From Candidatus Zixiibacteriota bacterium (GTDB lineage: Bacteria > Zixibacteria > MSB-5A5 > SM1-73), in NCBI GenBank assembly GCA_049643405.1, contig JBARPX010000080.1, positions 1 through 62,546 of the forward strand: 62,546 nucleotides of DNA. Reading direction: 5' to 3'. A program made the translations under genes and the position numbers. Shown piece by piece: positions 9,653-19,420 of the stretch (positions within the stretch are counted from its first letter, which is position 1; every line of letters starts with the position of its first letter). The notes below the pieces were generated by a model, which saw only the letters and a program-made list of their open reading frames with translations, was not told the DNA's origin and did no database searches.

Positions 9653-10225
9653 ATGCGTGCACTGGTTGCTATATGCGGTTTTGTCACTTTCGTCCTTTTG
9701 TTTTGTTCGGCAGTGCATGCCAGTGAAAACATTACTCCGGCATCGCACGCAAGAAGATACTTCAAGGCGGATGTGGTGATCTTCGGCGAAGTCCTTGGTT
9801 GCACGACAAACGTCGTCGAAAGAAAGGACGTTCCCGGTGACAGCGGATGGGTAAACCATTATACCACTCTTGCCAGTACGTGCACTGTGAGAGTTGACAG
9901 CGCGTTGAAGGGAGCGCTTGCCGAGTCTGTAATAGTCATCCAGAAAGAATCGTCTCGGGCCTGGAAGTCACGATTTGAGGCTATTGACGAAAATGGCGAT
10001 TCTCTCTACATGGGCCAGATGGCGGAGGAACCCGGCCCTGGAGAAGCCAATGAAATCCCGTCCTCCGGAAGATGGATTCTATTCCTGATTGAAAAAGATA
10101 GTACCTACACTTTCCTATGGCGAGCGAAGTACGACCGGATGAACCTTGATCTTTACCGAAAGTTCGCGGAGGAGGGGCGAAGATATTTTTCAGAAATACG
10201 ACCTCTCAGGCTGGTATCGCGTTAG
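9653..10225 (+). CDS. hypothetical secreted protein
   Basis: The internal ATG gives a clean signal peptide (MRALVAICGFVTFVLLFCSAVHA). The ORF-track start at 9536 adds a non-hydrophobic extension. Confidence 0.5.
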   Translation: MRALVAICGFVTFVLLFCSAVHASENITPASHARRYFKADVVIFGEVLGCTTNVVERKDVPGDSGWVNHYTTLASTCTVRVDSALKGALAESVIVIQKESSRAWKSRFEAIDENGDSLYMGQMAEEPGPGEANEIPSSGRWILFLIEKDSTYTFLWRAKYDRMNLDLYRKFAEEGRRYFSEIRPLRLVSR

Positions 10226-10441
10226 AGAAGATTCCGTGTGGGAGTATCGTCTGAGAAGAAAGCCTCCTCCTGAATAAATGACCAGCTATCCGTTCCTTGC
10301 CGGTAGGCTTCGGACTCTCAGGTCTCGCCGCCTTTTGGCATCCTATTTCCCCCGACTTGTCTTTGCAACATGGAGACGGCGAGGATAAGAGGGTGCCCGC
10401 TTCCATTTGACAAAGCCCGCGCAGGGGGGTATATTCTCTCC

Positions 10442-12796
10442 ATGTTCGGGAGAATTCGAGATGAGGACCGGGAGAAGATGTGGATCCTGGTCATCTTCGT
10501 TCTTGCCTTCGCTCTGAGAATCGTATACCTCCTCCAGATCAAAGCCAATCCACACTTCTTCTCCCCCACTATGGACCCCTTGTACCACGATGTATGGGCG
10601 CAGAACATAGCCGGCGGGAACTGGGTCGGGTCGAAGGTGTTCTTCAGGGCGCCTTTCTACGCTTACTTCCTGGCACTTGTCTACAAGATATTCGAGCACT
10701 CATACATCATCCCTCGTATCATCCAGCACCTGGTCGGGTCCTTCTCGTGTGTTTTAGTCTATTTCCTGGCAAGGAAGCTCTTCAACCGGAAAGTGGCGAT
10801 CGTATCCGGCTTGATAGCCGCCACCTACGGAATGCTCATGTATTTCGAAGGCGAACTGCTTCTGGATTCATTCTTGATACTCTTCGATCTTCTGCTCATC
10901 TTGTTTCTGCTTCGAGCAAAAGAGAATCCCAAATTCTTCAGATGGTTCGCCTGCGGGATAATCCTGGGACTCTCCGCCATCACCCGGCCCAACATACTTG
11001 TCTTTGTCCCCTTTGTCTGGCTGTGGATATTCTTAGTATTCAGAAGAGAGAAAAGGTTTAAAGCCGTCCTGACCTATTCGGCTTCCTTTCTCCTGGGAAG
11101 CATTCTGATAATTTCACCGGTCACCCTAAGAAATCTGATTGCCGGTGAAGATACGGTGCTGATCGCTTCCCAGGGCGGCATAAATTTCTACATCGGGAAC
11201 AACGAGAATGCCGACGGGGTGAGCGCCATCTTTTACAAAGAGGACTGGCAGTACCGGGACTTTCAGCAGATGGCGGAAAGGGAGAGCGGCAAAAGTCTTA
11301 AGCCCTCTGATATCTCCAACTTTTATTACCGGAAGGGGGTTGACTTCTATCTTGAAAACCCGTCCAGCGCCTTCAAGCTTCTGGTGAAGAAACTGTATCT
11401 CTTCTGGAACCGGTTTGAGATCAGTAACAACCAGAACATATATTTCTTTAGCCGGTATTCCTCCCTTATTCGCATCCTGCCGCTTGGGTTTTGGCTCGTA
11501 GGACCCTTGGGCCTGGCGGGGATGATTCTATCCATGCTGGCGCTCAAGCGTTCCAAAAAGGTCCATTCCGGTAAGATCGCTGATCGGAGGAAGAGAATTC
11601 TCCTGCCTATTCTGTTCACCTTCTCTTATATGGCTAGCGTGGTGATGTTCTTTGTCACCGCCCGGTTCAGGTTGCCGGTCATTCCCCTTTTGATCATTTT
11701 TTCAGGCTTTTCACTGGTATGGTTTTTTGAAAGGCTTCGGGAAAAGGAAGTCTCTCTTGTCAGGACGTTCCTGCTGATACTCGCCCCCTTTGTGCTCCTG
11801 ACCAATTCGAACGCTTATCACCTGAGAGTGGGCGATTTCTCCCAGGCACATTTCAGCCTGGGGAATGTTTACCTGAAGGAGGGTGAATTGGATCTGGCGC
11901 TGACGGAGTTCAACTCCGTGCTGGCATTGAACCCTGGTTATAACCGGGCTCACTTAAACCGGGGCATGGTGTTTTTCAGGAGGGGAGACTTGGGTAAGGC
12001 GGAGAAGGAGTTCTTAGCTGAGTTGGAGCTCAATCCGGACGAGGCCAAGGCATATAACAACCTCTCGGCGATTTACCAGCAGCAACGCCTCTATGAGAAG
12101 GCTGAGGAGATGGCAGAGAAGGCGATCCGTCTGGGCGGCTATTCTGCAAACGCATACATGAATCTGGCTATGAGTTATTGGAAAGAGGGAAAAATTCACG
12201 AAGCAAAGCAGACTGTAGCTCAAGGTCTAACAGAGGTTCGACCCTTTCCCGAAGGCGAACTGCTCTTAGGCGAGATCTACTTAACCGAAGGGCTGTACGA
12301 TTCGGCGGTGGAACGGTTCGAAAACGTCATCCATCCGCCGGCGTCTGAAAGAGACGTAGCCTACGATCTTGAGATTCTGGCCTCGAAAGGAGATCCCCAA
12401 CGGTTGGACAAACAAGGTCTGCAGGCCAAAGCACATTTCAATTTAGGGACGGTATACGTGCAGAGAGGAGAGATAAGCTCAGCCGAGATTCACCTTAAAC
12501 GGGCGATCTCGTTGAAGCCGGATTTTGCCGAAGCCCATGCCAACCTGGGGCTTCTCTACGATCACACCGGGCGCGGGGCCCAAGGCTTGCCCTCGCTTAA
12601 GAAAGCAGTAAGCCTGGATCCCCAAAATGCTGTCTATCATTTCAACCTGGGCTTAGCTTACGCCAAGCAGATGAAGTTGATAGAAGCTCGAGAAGAATTC
12701 GAAACCACTCTCACGCTTGATCCCTCCCTGACCGACGCTCACCAGAAGCTACGCTTGGTGGATTCCCTGCTTCAGGTGCGGGGGGTCTCTCCGTGA
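10442..12796 (+). CDS. GT-C fold glycosyltransferase (GT39/ArnT/PMT-like) fused to C-terminal TPR repeats
   Basis: About 11 TM helices with an early periplasmic-loop motif (DPLYHDVWAQ). The C-terminal half has repeated TPR signatures (AHFSLGNVYLKEG.., AYNNLSAIY.., AHFNLGTVY.., AHANLGLLY.., YHFNLGLAY..). Confidence 0.8.
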   Translation: MFGRIRDEDREKMWILVIFVLAFALRIVYLLQIKANPHFFSPTMDPLYHDVWAQNIAGGNWVGSKVFFRAPFYAYFLALVYKIFEHSYIIPRIIQHLVGSFSCVLVYFLARKLFNRKVAIVSGLIAATYGMLMYFEGELLLDSFLILFDLLLILFLLRAKENPKFFRWFACGIILGLSAITRPNILVFVPFVWLWIFLVFRREKRFKAVLTYSASFLLGSILIISPVTLRNLIAGEDTVLIASQGGINFYIGNNENADGVSAIFYKEDWQYRDFQQMAERESGKSLKPSDISNFYYRKGVDFYLENPSSAFKLLVKKLYLFWNRFEISNNQNIYFFSRYSSLIRILPLGFWLVGPLGLAGMILSMLALKRSKKVHSGKIADRRKRILLPILFTFSYMASVVMFFVTARFRLPVIPLLIIFSGFSLVWFFERLREKEVSLVRTFLLILAPFVLLTNSNAYHLRVGDFSQAHFSLGNVYLKEGELDLALTEFNSVLALNPGYNRAHLNRGMVFFRRGDLGKAEKEFLAELELNPDEAKAYNNLSAIYQQQRLYEKAEEMAEKAIRLGGYSANAYMNLAMSYWKEGKIHEAKQTVAQGLTEVRPFPEGELLLGEIYLTEGLYDSAVERFENVIHPPASERDVAYDLEILASKGDPQRLDKQGLQAKAHFNLGTVYVQRGEISSAEIHLKRAISLKPDFAEAHANLGLLYDHTGRGAQGLPSLKKAVSLDPQNAVYHFNLGLAYAKQMKLIEAREEFETTLTLDPSLTDAHQKLRLVDSLLQVRGVSP

Positions 12797-12985
12797 AGCG
12801 GATTCGCGCCGGGGAGCCTTCAGGCTGAATTCCTCGATGATGAACCGTTACTCCCGATCGACGTGCACTCTATCTCTGACAGGCCCTTGAGCACAAGCGT
12901 AGAAGAGCTGCGTTGTTTGCGGCGGAAACGATCTTCCCCTTTAAGCGGATAAGGAATCGCACTTCTGTAGTCAACTGAATATGGG

Positions 12986-13013
12986 TTGACAAGGGGTGAA
13001 GAACGCGTATATT
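12986..13013 (+). promoter_or_regulatory. sigma70-like promoter (TTGACA-16-TATATT) for the SBBP/dockerin gene
   Basis: TTGACA at 12986-12991 and TATATT at 13008-13013, about 85 nt upstream of the ATG at 13100. Confidence 0.4.
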
Positions 13014-13099
13014 ATATTAATATAGGGTTAACTGCATAGAGAAGCAGCCGGAAACGGCTCAGCATTGGTTTCTGCACTCCTATACAGGAGGTGTCGATC

Positions 13100-14638
13100 A
13101 TGAAACGCTCTTTGTTCGTAGCAGTTGTCTGGATCATCCTTTTGGTCTTGTGGGCTTCACCGGCTTTGGCTGAGACGACTGCTGATACTGCCTGGGTAAG
13201 AACTTACTGTGGTCCCGGGTACGGCTGGGAAATCGCTTATGCCATAGCACTGGACGGCTCCCAGAATGCCTGTGTCACCGGATTCAGCCTCGACCCGGTG
13301 ACAGGCGAGGATTATGCCACCGTAAGGTACTATCCCAACGGAAACGTAGCATGGAGTGAAAGATACAATGGCCCGGGAAACGGCGGCGACAGGGCCTATG
13401 CCATAACCGCGGATGATCCGGGCAACGTCTATGTGACAGGAAGAAGTCTGGGCAGCGGCACATATCTCGACTTTGCCACCATAAAATACGATTCCGAAGG
13501 CGACACCGCCTGGGTACGAAGATGTAACGGACCGGCAGACTCCACGGACGAGGCCCGGGCCATTGCCGTGGACGGGTTTGGCAATGTCTACGTGACGGGA
13601 TTCAGTTCCGGCGGTACGACAGGCTACGACTACCTAACCGTGAAGTACTATCCCGACGGAGCTACTGCCTGGCTGAGAAGGTACAACGGGACCGGCAACG
13701 ATGATGACAGAGCTTATGCCGTAGCCGCAGACGGTGACGGCAGCGTGTATGTTTTCGGGCAAAGCAAAGGCATCGGCACAGACTACGATTACGTCACCAT
13801 CAAATATCATTCCAACGGGGACACCGCCTGGGTAAGAAGGTATAACGGGCCTGGCAACGACTACGACAGGGCCTCGGCCATGGCCATCGATGACTACGGC
13901 AACGTCTATGTAACCGGCTGGACGTTAAGCGCTGCCACCGACTGGGATTATGCTACTATAAAGTACCTTCCCAACGGAGACACCGCCTGGGTCAGAATAT
14001 ACGACGGCGCAGCAAGCGGCTGGGATGCTGCCTATGCCATCGCCGTGGATGGCCTTGGGAATGTTTACGTGACTGGAGAAAGTGAGGAGGTCGGAACCTA
14101 CGGTGATTATGCCACCGTAAAATATAATCCAGACGGAGACACACTCTGGGTTGGAAGATACAACGGACCGGGAGACTTAGTCGACTATCCCTACGCCATT
14201 GCCGTGGATGGCTCGGGCAACGTCTACGTCACCGGAGAGAGTGGGGCGGACTATCTCACAATAAGATATGATCCCGGGGGAGAAACCGACTGGGTACAGA
14301 GATACGACGGCCCGGCCAACTCAGGCGACGGCGCCGAAGCCATAGTCGTGGATGATTCCGGCAACGTCTACGTGACCGGATCAAGCGATGGCACCGGAAC
14401 CGGGAACTATGATTATGCCACCATCAAGTACGTCCAGTTCATGCGCGGGGATGCAAGTGGAGACCTGATCGTCGATGTCGGGGACGTGGTATATCTGGTG
14501 AACTACTTATATAGGAACGGGCCTGCCCCCCAGCCATTAGCGGCCGGAGATGCAAACTGCGACGGAGTGGTTGACCTGGGGGATATTGTTTTTCTGCTCA
14601 GCTATCTATTCAGAGGCGGCGCGCCACCGGGTTGTTAG
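13100..14638 (+). CDS. SBBP beta-propeller-repeat protein with a dockerin-like C-terminal module
   Basis: AGGAGG RBS and signal peptide. About 9 tandem ~47-aa repeats (DTAWVRRYNGPGN..D.A.AIAVD..GNVYVTG.S....DY.TIKY). C-terminal GDASGDLIVDVGDVVYLVNYLYRNG..GDANCDGVVDLGDIVFLLSYLFRGGAPPGC*. Confidence 0.85.
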   Translation: MKRSLFVAVVWIILLVLWASPALAETTADTAWVRTYCGPGYGWEIAYAIALDGSQNACVTGFSLDPVTGEDYATVRYYPNGNVAWSERYNGPGNGGDRAYAITADDPGNVYVTGRSLGSGTYLDFATIKYDSEGDTAWVRRCNGPADSTDEARAIAVDGFGNVYVTGFSSGGTTGYDYLTVKYYPDGATAWLRRYNGTGNDDDRAYAVAADGDGSVYVFGQSKGIGTDYDYVTIKYHSNGDTAWVRRYNGPGNDYDRASAMAIDDYGNVYVTGWTLSAATDWDYATIKYLPNGDTAWVRIYDGAASGWDAAYAIAVDGLGNVYVTGESEEVGTYGDYATVKYNPDGDTLWVGRYNGPGDLVDYPYAIAVDGSGNVYVTGESGADYLTIRYDPGGETDWVQRYDGPANSGDGAEAIVVDDSGNVYVTGSSDGTGTGNYDYATIKYVQFMRGDASGDLIVDVGDVVYLVNYLYRNGPAPQPLAAGDANCDGVVDLGDIVFLLSYLFRGGAPPGC

Positions 14639-14648
14639 ATTCATTTGC

Positions 14649-15089
14649 CTAATGTGTGGCGTCATCAGTGACACAGGTGAGCGTTCCGGTCTGGTCTATG
14701 GTCCACACGTCTAAGGTTGCGTCGTCATCCAAGCCGTTGGCATCCCTGGATCCGGCAGTGGCCACAAAGCTGGTGCGGTTCGCCGTCAGTGAGTAGCTGT
14801 ACCGAGCCGAAGGCATCAACTCCACACCCAGGGGGCCGAAAGTTCCACCCGGCTGCACAACGATGGTGCTTCCGTTGCTCGGATAGTAGCTGTCCTTTTC
14901 CTGACGGTAAGCCCTTTGCATCTCGTAGACCTGCTTCAAGATCAGCTGGGCCTCGCCCTGTTTGGTCTTCGCCGTTGACTGCATGAAGCGGGGGATGGCG
15001 AGAGCGGCTATGACTCCTATTATCACGACCACAACAAATAGCTCGATCAGAGTGTATCCTTTCTGCCCATATCTCAGTCTCAGTTTCAT
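14649..15089 (-). CDS. type IV pilin-like protein (prepilin N-terminal methylation domain)
   Basis: GGAGAAAGGAGA RBS. MKLRLRYGQKG/YTLIELFVVVVIIGVIAALAIP is a class III signal peptide plus hydrophobic helix. The ORF-track start at 15140 is an extension. Confidence 0.8.
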   Translation of the reverse strand: MKLRLRYGQKGYTLIELFVVVVIIGVIAALAIPRFMQSTAKTKQGEAQLILKQVYEMQRAYRQEKDSYYPSNGSTIVVQPGGTFGPLGVELMPSARYSYSLTANRTSFVATAGSRDANGLDDDATLDVWTIDQTGTLTCVTDDATH

Positions 15090-15352
15090 GGCATTCTCCT
15101 TTCTCCGGCGCTGACAACACTGCAAAGCTCGTGCCACCAAGCTTTCTTCATCCTAACCCGGTGCGCCAAAAGAGGTTGGTCAGCTAGGGGGTGTGCGGTG
15201 TTGACTTTCTGAGCCACCTCCTTTGCATACTTCGCCTATCTCTTTGCACACCCTGGCCTGAGTGTTTTGCCGGGAGCACTAAGTTGACTGACGAGGCTGA
15301 TGTGTAGGTTTATTAGTCGCGTCAGGAGTTCCACTCTGGACACCTTGGAAGA

Positions 15353-15378
15353 TGTCAGGAGTGAGGTCCTGACACAAC
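15353..15378 (+). repeat. short hairpin of the GTCAGG..CCTGACA(C)AAC family (copy E)
   Basis: tgtcagga-gtgagg-tcctgaca followed by caac. Confidence 0.4.
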
Positions 15379-15413
15379 ACGCGCGCGGATTTGACCGGGA
15401 ATTGCAGCCTGTG

Positions 15414-16325
15414 CTACGCGCGGAAGAAATTCTTTATGAAGAAGAACAGGTTGGCGGGCCTTTCGGCTAAGCGCCGCATGAAATAGGGATACCACTGCTG
15501 GCCGAAGGGGATGTAGATGCGCACCTTGTAACCGTCCCTGATCAACTGGCGTGCTAGCTCGGTGCGGATTCCGTAAAGGAGCTGGAATTCAAAGTTATCT
15601 TTGGGGATGTTGTTCTTTTGGGCGAATTGCTTGGTTTTCTCGATCAGCCTCTCATCGTGAGTGGCCATTCCGTGATAGATCCCGCTTTTGAGCATTTTTT
15701 CCATCAGCTTCACGAAATTCTCATCCACCTCCGGTCTCTTGGGGAAGGCGATCTCCTTTGGCTCCTTATAGGCGCCCTTACAGAGCCTGATTCTACCGTC
15801 TAATTTGAGAATCTCGTCGACATCCTCTTCACTTCGATGAAGCAAACTCTGAATCACAATGCCGACGTTGTCGTACTTTTTCCTGAGACGGTAGAAGACT
15901 TCAAGGGTATCCTCGGTGCAATCGGAGCCTTCCATATCCATCCGGACGAAGTTGTTATACTTGGCTGCCCTCTCGATCATCTTGGTGAAGTTCTCTTCGC
16001 AAAGCCCCTTATCGACTTTCAGGCCAAGCTGGGTCGGCTTGGCCGAGACGTTGGTATCCACCCCTCTCTCGTTGATGCGATCGAGCGCATCCAGATAGAC
16101 CTCGGTCGCCGCTATCGCCTCGCCTGCTTCCGATACCTCCTCACCCAGGTGGTCTAAGGTGGCAATTGCGCCTTCGGAGTTTAGCTTCTTTACTGCATTC
16201 AAGCCATCCTCCAGCTCCTCCCCGGATACGAATCTATCCACCACTCTCCGGGTCACGCCGAACTTTGTCATAAAACTCTGGATGGCCTTTTGCCTGGAAA
16301 GATAGAGAAGAATTGCCTTCAGCAT
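15414..16325 (-). CDS. proline dehydrogenase (monofunctional PRODH)
   Basis: GGAGG RBS. About 300 aa with typical motifs (..ATLDHLGE.., VSAKPTQLGL, VRMDMEGS, LCKGAYKEP, ATHD, FEFQLLYGI, RIYIPFG..WYPYFMRRLAERP). Confidence 0.85.
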   Translation of the reverse strand: MLKAILLYLSRQKAIQSFMTKFGVTRRVVDRFVSGEELEDGLNAVKKLNSEGAIATLDHLGEEVSEAGEAIAATEVYLDALDRINERGVDTNVSAKPTQLGLKVDKGLCEENFTKMIERAAKYNNFVRMDMEGSDCTEDTLEVFYRLRKKYDNVGIVIQSLLHRSEEDVDEILKLDGRIRLCKGAYKEPKEIAFPKRPEVDENFVKLMEKMLKSGIYHGMATHDERLIEKTKQFAQKNNIPKDNFEFQLLYGIRTELARQLIRDGYKVRIYIPFGQQWYPYFMRRLAERPANLFFFIKNFFRA

Positions 16326-16450
16326 GACTGACCTCCATGGCCTGCAATCTCAGCTAAAATTACATGAAAACATCTTGCAGTCAAGTTCTATTTGTGAAAG
16401 CTTTCACTTTCTTCAGGCGATGGGACGGTTGGCAGTGGCGAGGGTTGGGT

Positions 16451-16550
16451 TACCTCGGGCCTTGCCGGCGGCCCGCCGTCAGTGTCACCCGACACACTGG
16501 AGGCTGTCAGGTCACTCCCGCCAGGGGGCAAAAACTAACAGAACAAGAAG
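16451..16550 (+). repeat. REP-like double-hairpin element, GTCAGGTC family copy A
   Basis: Aligns along about 100 nt with copy B (18271-18373). Ends in gtcaggtcactcccgcc...acagaacaagaag. Confidence 0.6.
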
Positions 16551-16633
16551 AATCCGCTTGATTTAACCTTTTTCGGATGATATCTCTATGCTCAAATGTC
16601 GTATAGAGTCACAGCATGCAGAGGGAGAGACAA

Positions 16634-18094
16634 ATGAGCAGGCACCCGGGGTTGGGCAAGAGGGAAATACGGAAGGGACTCAGGATTTCAATCTTCGAGG
16701 GGTCTTTTGCAGCCATTCACCTGGCTCTGACCACCGGTCCTTTCCTGGCCGGCTATGCTCTTCTCCTGGGGGCGAACGATTTTCAACTGGGACTGGTGGC
16801 GGCTCTCCCTTTCCTGGCGCAAGTCTTTCAAATCGTTGGGGCTTTCGCGGTGGAGAGGTTCAAACAGAGGAAGAAGATCAGCCTGTTGGGTTCACTCTTC
16901 TCTCGCTCGCTTTTCTTGGTATTCGTCTTCCTGCCCTTTTTTCCGGAAAATCAATGGGTCAAGATCGGGATTTTTCTTTTGCTTCTCTGTCTATCCTCCG
17001 CAATCGCCAATCTGGTTGGGGTGGCATGGCTCTCCTGGATGTCTGATTTGGTGCCTGCACGGAAAAGGGGAAAATATTTCGGTCTGAGAAATACAATCCT
17101 GGGCTTCATCACCATGGCAGCCAATTTCGGGGGGGCTAACCTGATTGACTATTTCAAAGCCGGAGGCGCGGGGATAGGTGGTCATGTCCCGGGTTTCATC
17201 TCCGGACTGCTCAAGGAAAACCCGACCGGCTTTGGGTTTTCCCTGATATTCCTGCTGGCGGTTTCGTCCGCCTGGATCGCAGCACTGCTTCTGACGCGGC
17301 AACCCGAACCGAGGATGGACTCTGATACACAGGTCAGCTTAGCTTCCACACTCAGAGTTCCCTTCTCGGACAAGAATTTTAGAATGCTGATCTATTTTTT
17401 CATCTACTGGTCTTTCGTGACCGGAATATCCACGCCTTTCTGGGTGCCACACATGCTCAAGAATCTGCATTTGGATTTCCGCCTGATCTCACTTTTCTCC
17501 ATCGGCGCCGGGGTGATAAGTCTGTTTGCGCAGCCCTTCTGGGGAAAAGCTATCGATAAATACGGAAACAAGCCGGTCCTGATCTTCAACGTCTCCTTTA
17601 TCTTTCTCATACCCTTTATCTGGCTTTACGTTACTCCCGAGAACATCTTCCCCTTGTGGATCGATGCGGCCATGGGAGGGATTTTCTGGTCGGGATTCAA
17701 CCTGGCCGCCTTCAACGTGGTTTTGGCCCTGTCTCCGCAAAAGGGAAGAGCCTATTATCTGGCTGCAATTGCAGCCGTCAATGGATTGACCCTGTCTGCG
17801 GCCTCTGGCCTCGGAGGTATCATCGCCCACAATCTGAGCGGGTTGAGTTTCGTTTTCAATGGCCAGCATTTCGTGAATTTTCACATACTTTTTGCCCTTT
17901 CCGGAGCAGGCAGGCTCTTCGGCCTGTTGTTTCTTAAGAAGCTCCTTGAGCCGGAAAGCAGACCCACCCGGACCATGGTCCGGGAGATAGGGTATTCCTT
18001 TTCCAAGCGGGTTCCTTTGGGCAGACAGACCTGGACTTTGGTCATCTGGGCTGTGTCAACCTTTGGCGGATCGGGAAAAGATGAGCGGAGATAG
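16634..18094 (+). CDS. MFS transporter
   Basis: GGGAGAG RBS before the ATG at 16634, about 12 TM segments, and MFS loop motifs (..ERFKQRKK.., SDLVPARKRGKYFGLRN). Confidence 0.8.
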   Translation: MSRHPGLGKREIRKGLRISIFEGSFAAIHLALTTGPFLAGYALLLGANDFQLGLVAALPFLAQVFQIVGAFAVERFKQRKKISLLGSLFSRSLFLVFVFLPFFPENQWVKIGIFLLLLCLSSAIANLVGVAWLSWMSDLVPARKRGKYFGLRNTILGFITMAANFGGANLIDYFKAGGAGIGGHVPGFISGLLKENPTGFGFSLIFLLAVSSAWIAALLLTRQPEPRMDSDTQVSLASTLRVPFSDKNFRMLIYFFIYWSFVTGISTPFWVPHMLKNLHLDFRLISLFSIGAGVISLFAQPFWGKAIDKYGNKPVLIFNVSFIFLIPFIWLYVTPENIFPLWIDAAMGGIFWSGFNLAAFNVVLALSPQKGRAYYLAAIAAVNGLTLSAASGLGGIIAHNLSGLSFVFNGQHFVNFHILFALSGAGRLFGLLFLKKLLEPESRPTRTMVREIGYSFSKRVPLGRQTWTLVIWAVSTFGGSGKDERR

Positions 18095-18270
18095 AATAGA
18101 AGTGCTTCAGCAAACGGACGGGCGGGCCCACAGGCGGGTGGCTCACAGCTCTGCTGTGAGATAGTTAGAGTAGGTCAAGCATGTCTGCCCTTCGACAAGC
18201 TCAGGGTGGTGAGCAAAGTCGAACCACAGGACTGCTTGACGAAAAAGATCCTCAACCACACTTCACTAGT

Positions 18271-18373
18271 TGTGTCAGGCCTTGCTGGCGGCCTGCCATC
18301 AGTGTGACCTGACACATTCGAGGCCGTCAGGTCACGCCCGCCGAGGCTACGCAAGACCTGATAGAACGTTAAG
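18271..18373 (+). repeat. REP-like double-hairpin element, GTCAGGTC family copy B
   Basis: tgtgtcaggccttgctggcggcctgccatcagtgtgacctgaca + cgtcaggtcacgcccgccgaggctacgcaagacctgatagaac. Confidence 0.6.
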
Positions 18374-18410
18374 ATACAAAGACTCGTCGCGCGGAGGGAA
18401 ATAATCTTTC

Positions 18411-19151
18411 TCACTTCACTATGGGCGATGCCTCTTGGTCGAACGGATTCGTTCTCATTGCCAGAGAGAACAGATAGGGATAGTTGTTCTTCAGATGCTT
18501 CATGTAATCCAACCATTCGTGAACCAGCCGCGAGTAAACCCTTTTAACATCACCCGCCAGATGCTGATAGTCGCTGTCCGGCAGACCTTTCAGGTCCTTT
18601 CGATTGGCGAGCTCTTCGGTTAAGTGGAACACCGCACGAAGCAGTCCGGTGAAGGATTCGTGTTCCAGAATATTGGGGTTCTCCAACAGACGCAGCAAGA
18701 AATCGCGCTTCAATCCCAGGAATTGTCTCAACTCGTCTAAGCCCAGTCTCCCTATCTCCACTCCATAATCGTAGTCTCGCAGCTTCTTACTCACCTTCCC
18801 GAAATCTCGCTCAGACCAGCCCTTTCCGACAACAAGCTCCCCTCTGATATTATCCAAATCCGGATCAGAGTTGGAGAAAAAGTTCAGCAGCTCTGTTCCC
18901 GCCTCGCTGAAGAAGATTCCGATGACCATGTTGAGCTTCTCCAATAGACTTTTTTTCTCCCTCTCGGTGAGCAGACGATGGATTATGAGCGTGACCAGAA
19001 GCACTTCGAAGAAAACGAAAGCTATGTCGCCTATCAGGTAGATGAAGATGTGGTGCGCATCTCTGAAGATAAGATAGTGTATAACGTAAACGACAGCCGT
19101 AAGTGCGACCAGGACCGCACCAAGGATGATCTGCCATTGTGAGCTTCTCAT
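18411..19151 (-). CDS. membrane protein of unknown function (2 N-terminal TM helices plus a cytoplasmic helical domain)
   Basis: GGAG RBS 9 nt before the ATG and a coherent 246-aa ORF. No domain recognised. Confidence 0.6.
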   Translation of the reverse strand: MRSSQWQIILGAVLVALTAVVYVIHYLIFRDAHHIFIYLIGDIAFVFFEVLLVTLIIHRLLTEREKKSLLEKLNMVIGIFFSEAGTELLNFFSNSDPDLDNIRGELVVGKGWSERDFGKVSKKLRDYDYGVEIGRLGLDELRQFLGLKRDFLLRLLENPNILEHESFTGLLRAVFHLTEELANRKDLKGLPDSDYQHLAGDVKRVYSRLVHEWLDYMKHLKNNYPYLFSLAMRTNPFDQEASPIVK

Positions 19152-19177
19152 ATGCTATTGCTCCTACGGTTTTGGGT

Positions 19178-19230
19178 TGTGTCAGGTCACACCCGCCGAT
19201 GGCGGGCAAGACCTGACAGAACAGCAAAAG
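19178..19230 (+). repeat. REP-like hairpin element, GTCAGGTC family copy C (single module)
   Basis: tgtgtcaggtcacacccgccgatggcgggcaagacctgacagaacagcaaaag. Nested perfect stems gtcaggtc/gacctgac and cccgcc/ggcggg. Confidence 0.6.
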
Positions 19231-19420
19231 GATGTAGAGAGCGAGGGGATTCTCAATCCAGGTATCGTCCCGTTCCACTCTTTTCTGCAGAGAATCTTTG
19301 AAGAAGGCTTCAATTGCCGGAGACTGCTTCAGTTTCTGAAATAACTCAGTCTTCAACTCCTCAAGTGTTTTCATCCGTATTGTCTTCCTCCGCGGAAGGA
19401 TGCCCGCTTAACGCCTGGGG

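Noticed and set aside
10370-10441. ORF-track N-terminal extensions (also 9536, 13091, 15140, 16616, 20294, 33310, 36998, 38389, 40543, 51230, 57352 and 57809)
   Set aside because: In each case an internal ATG has a Shine-Dalgarno sequence and begins a signal peptide, lipobox or conserved N-terminus. The extensions overlap repeats or upstream genes.
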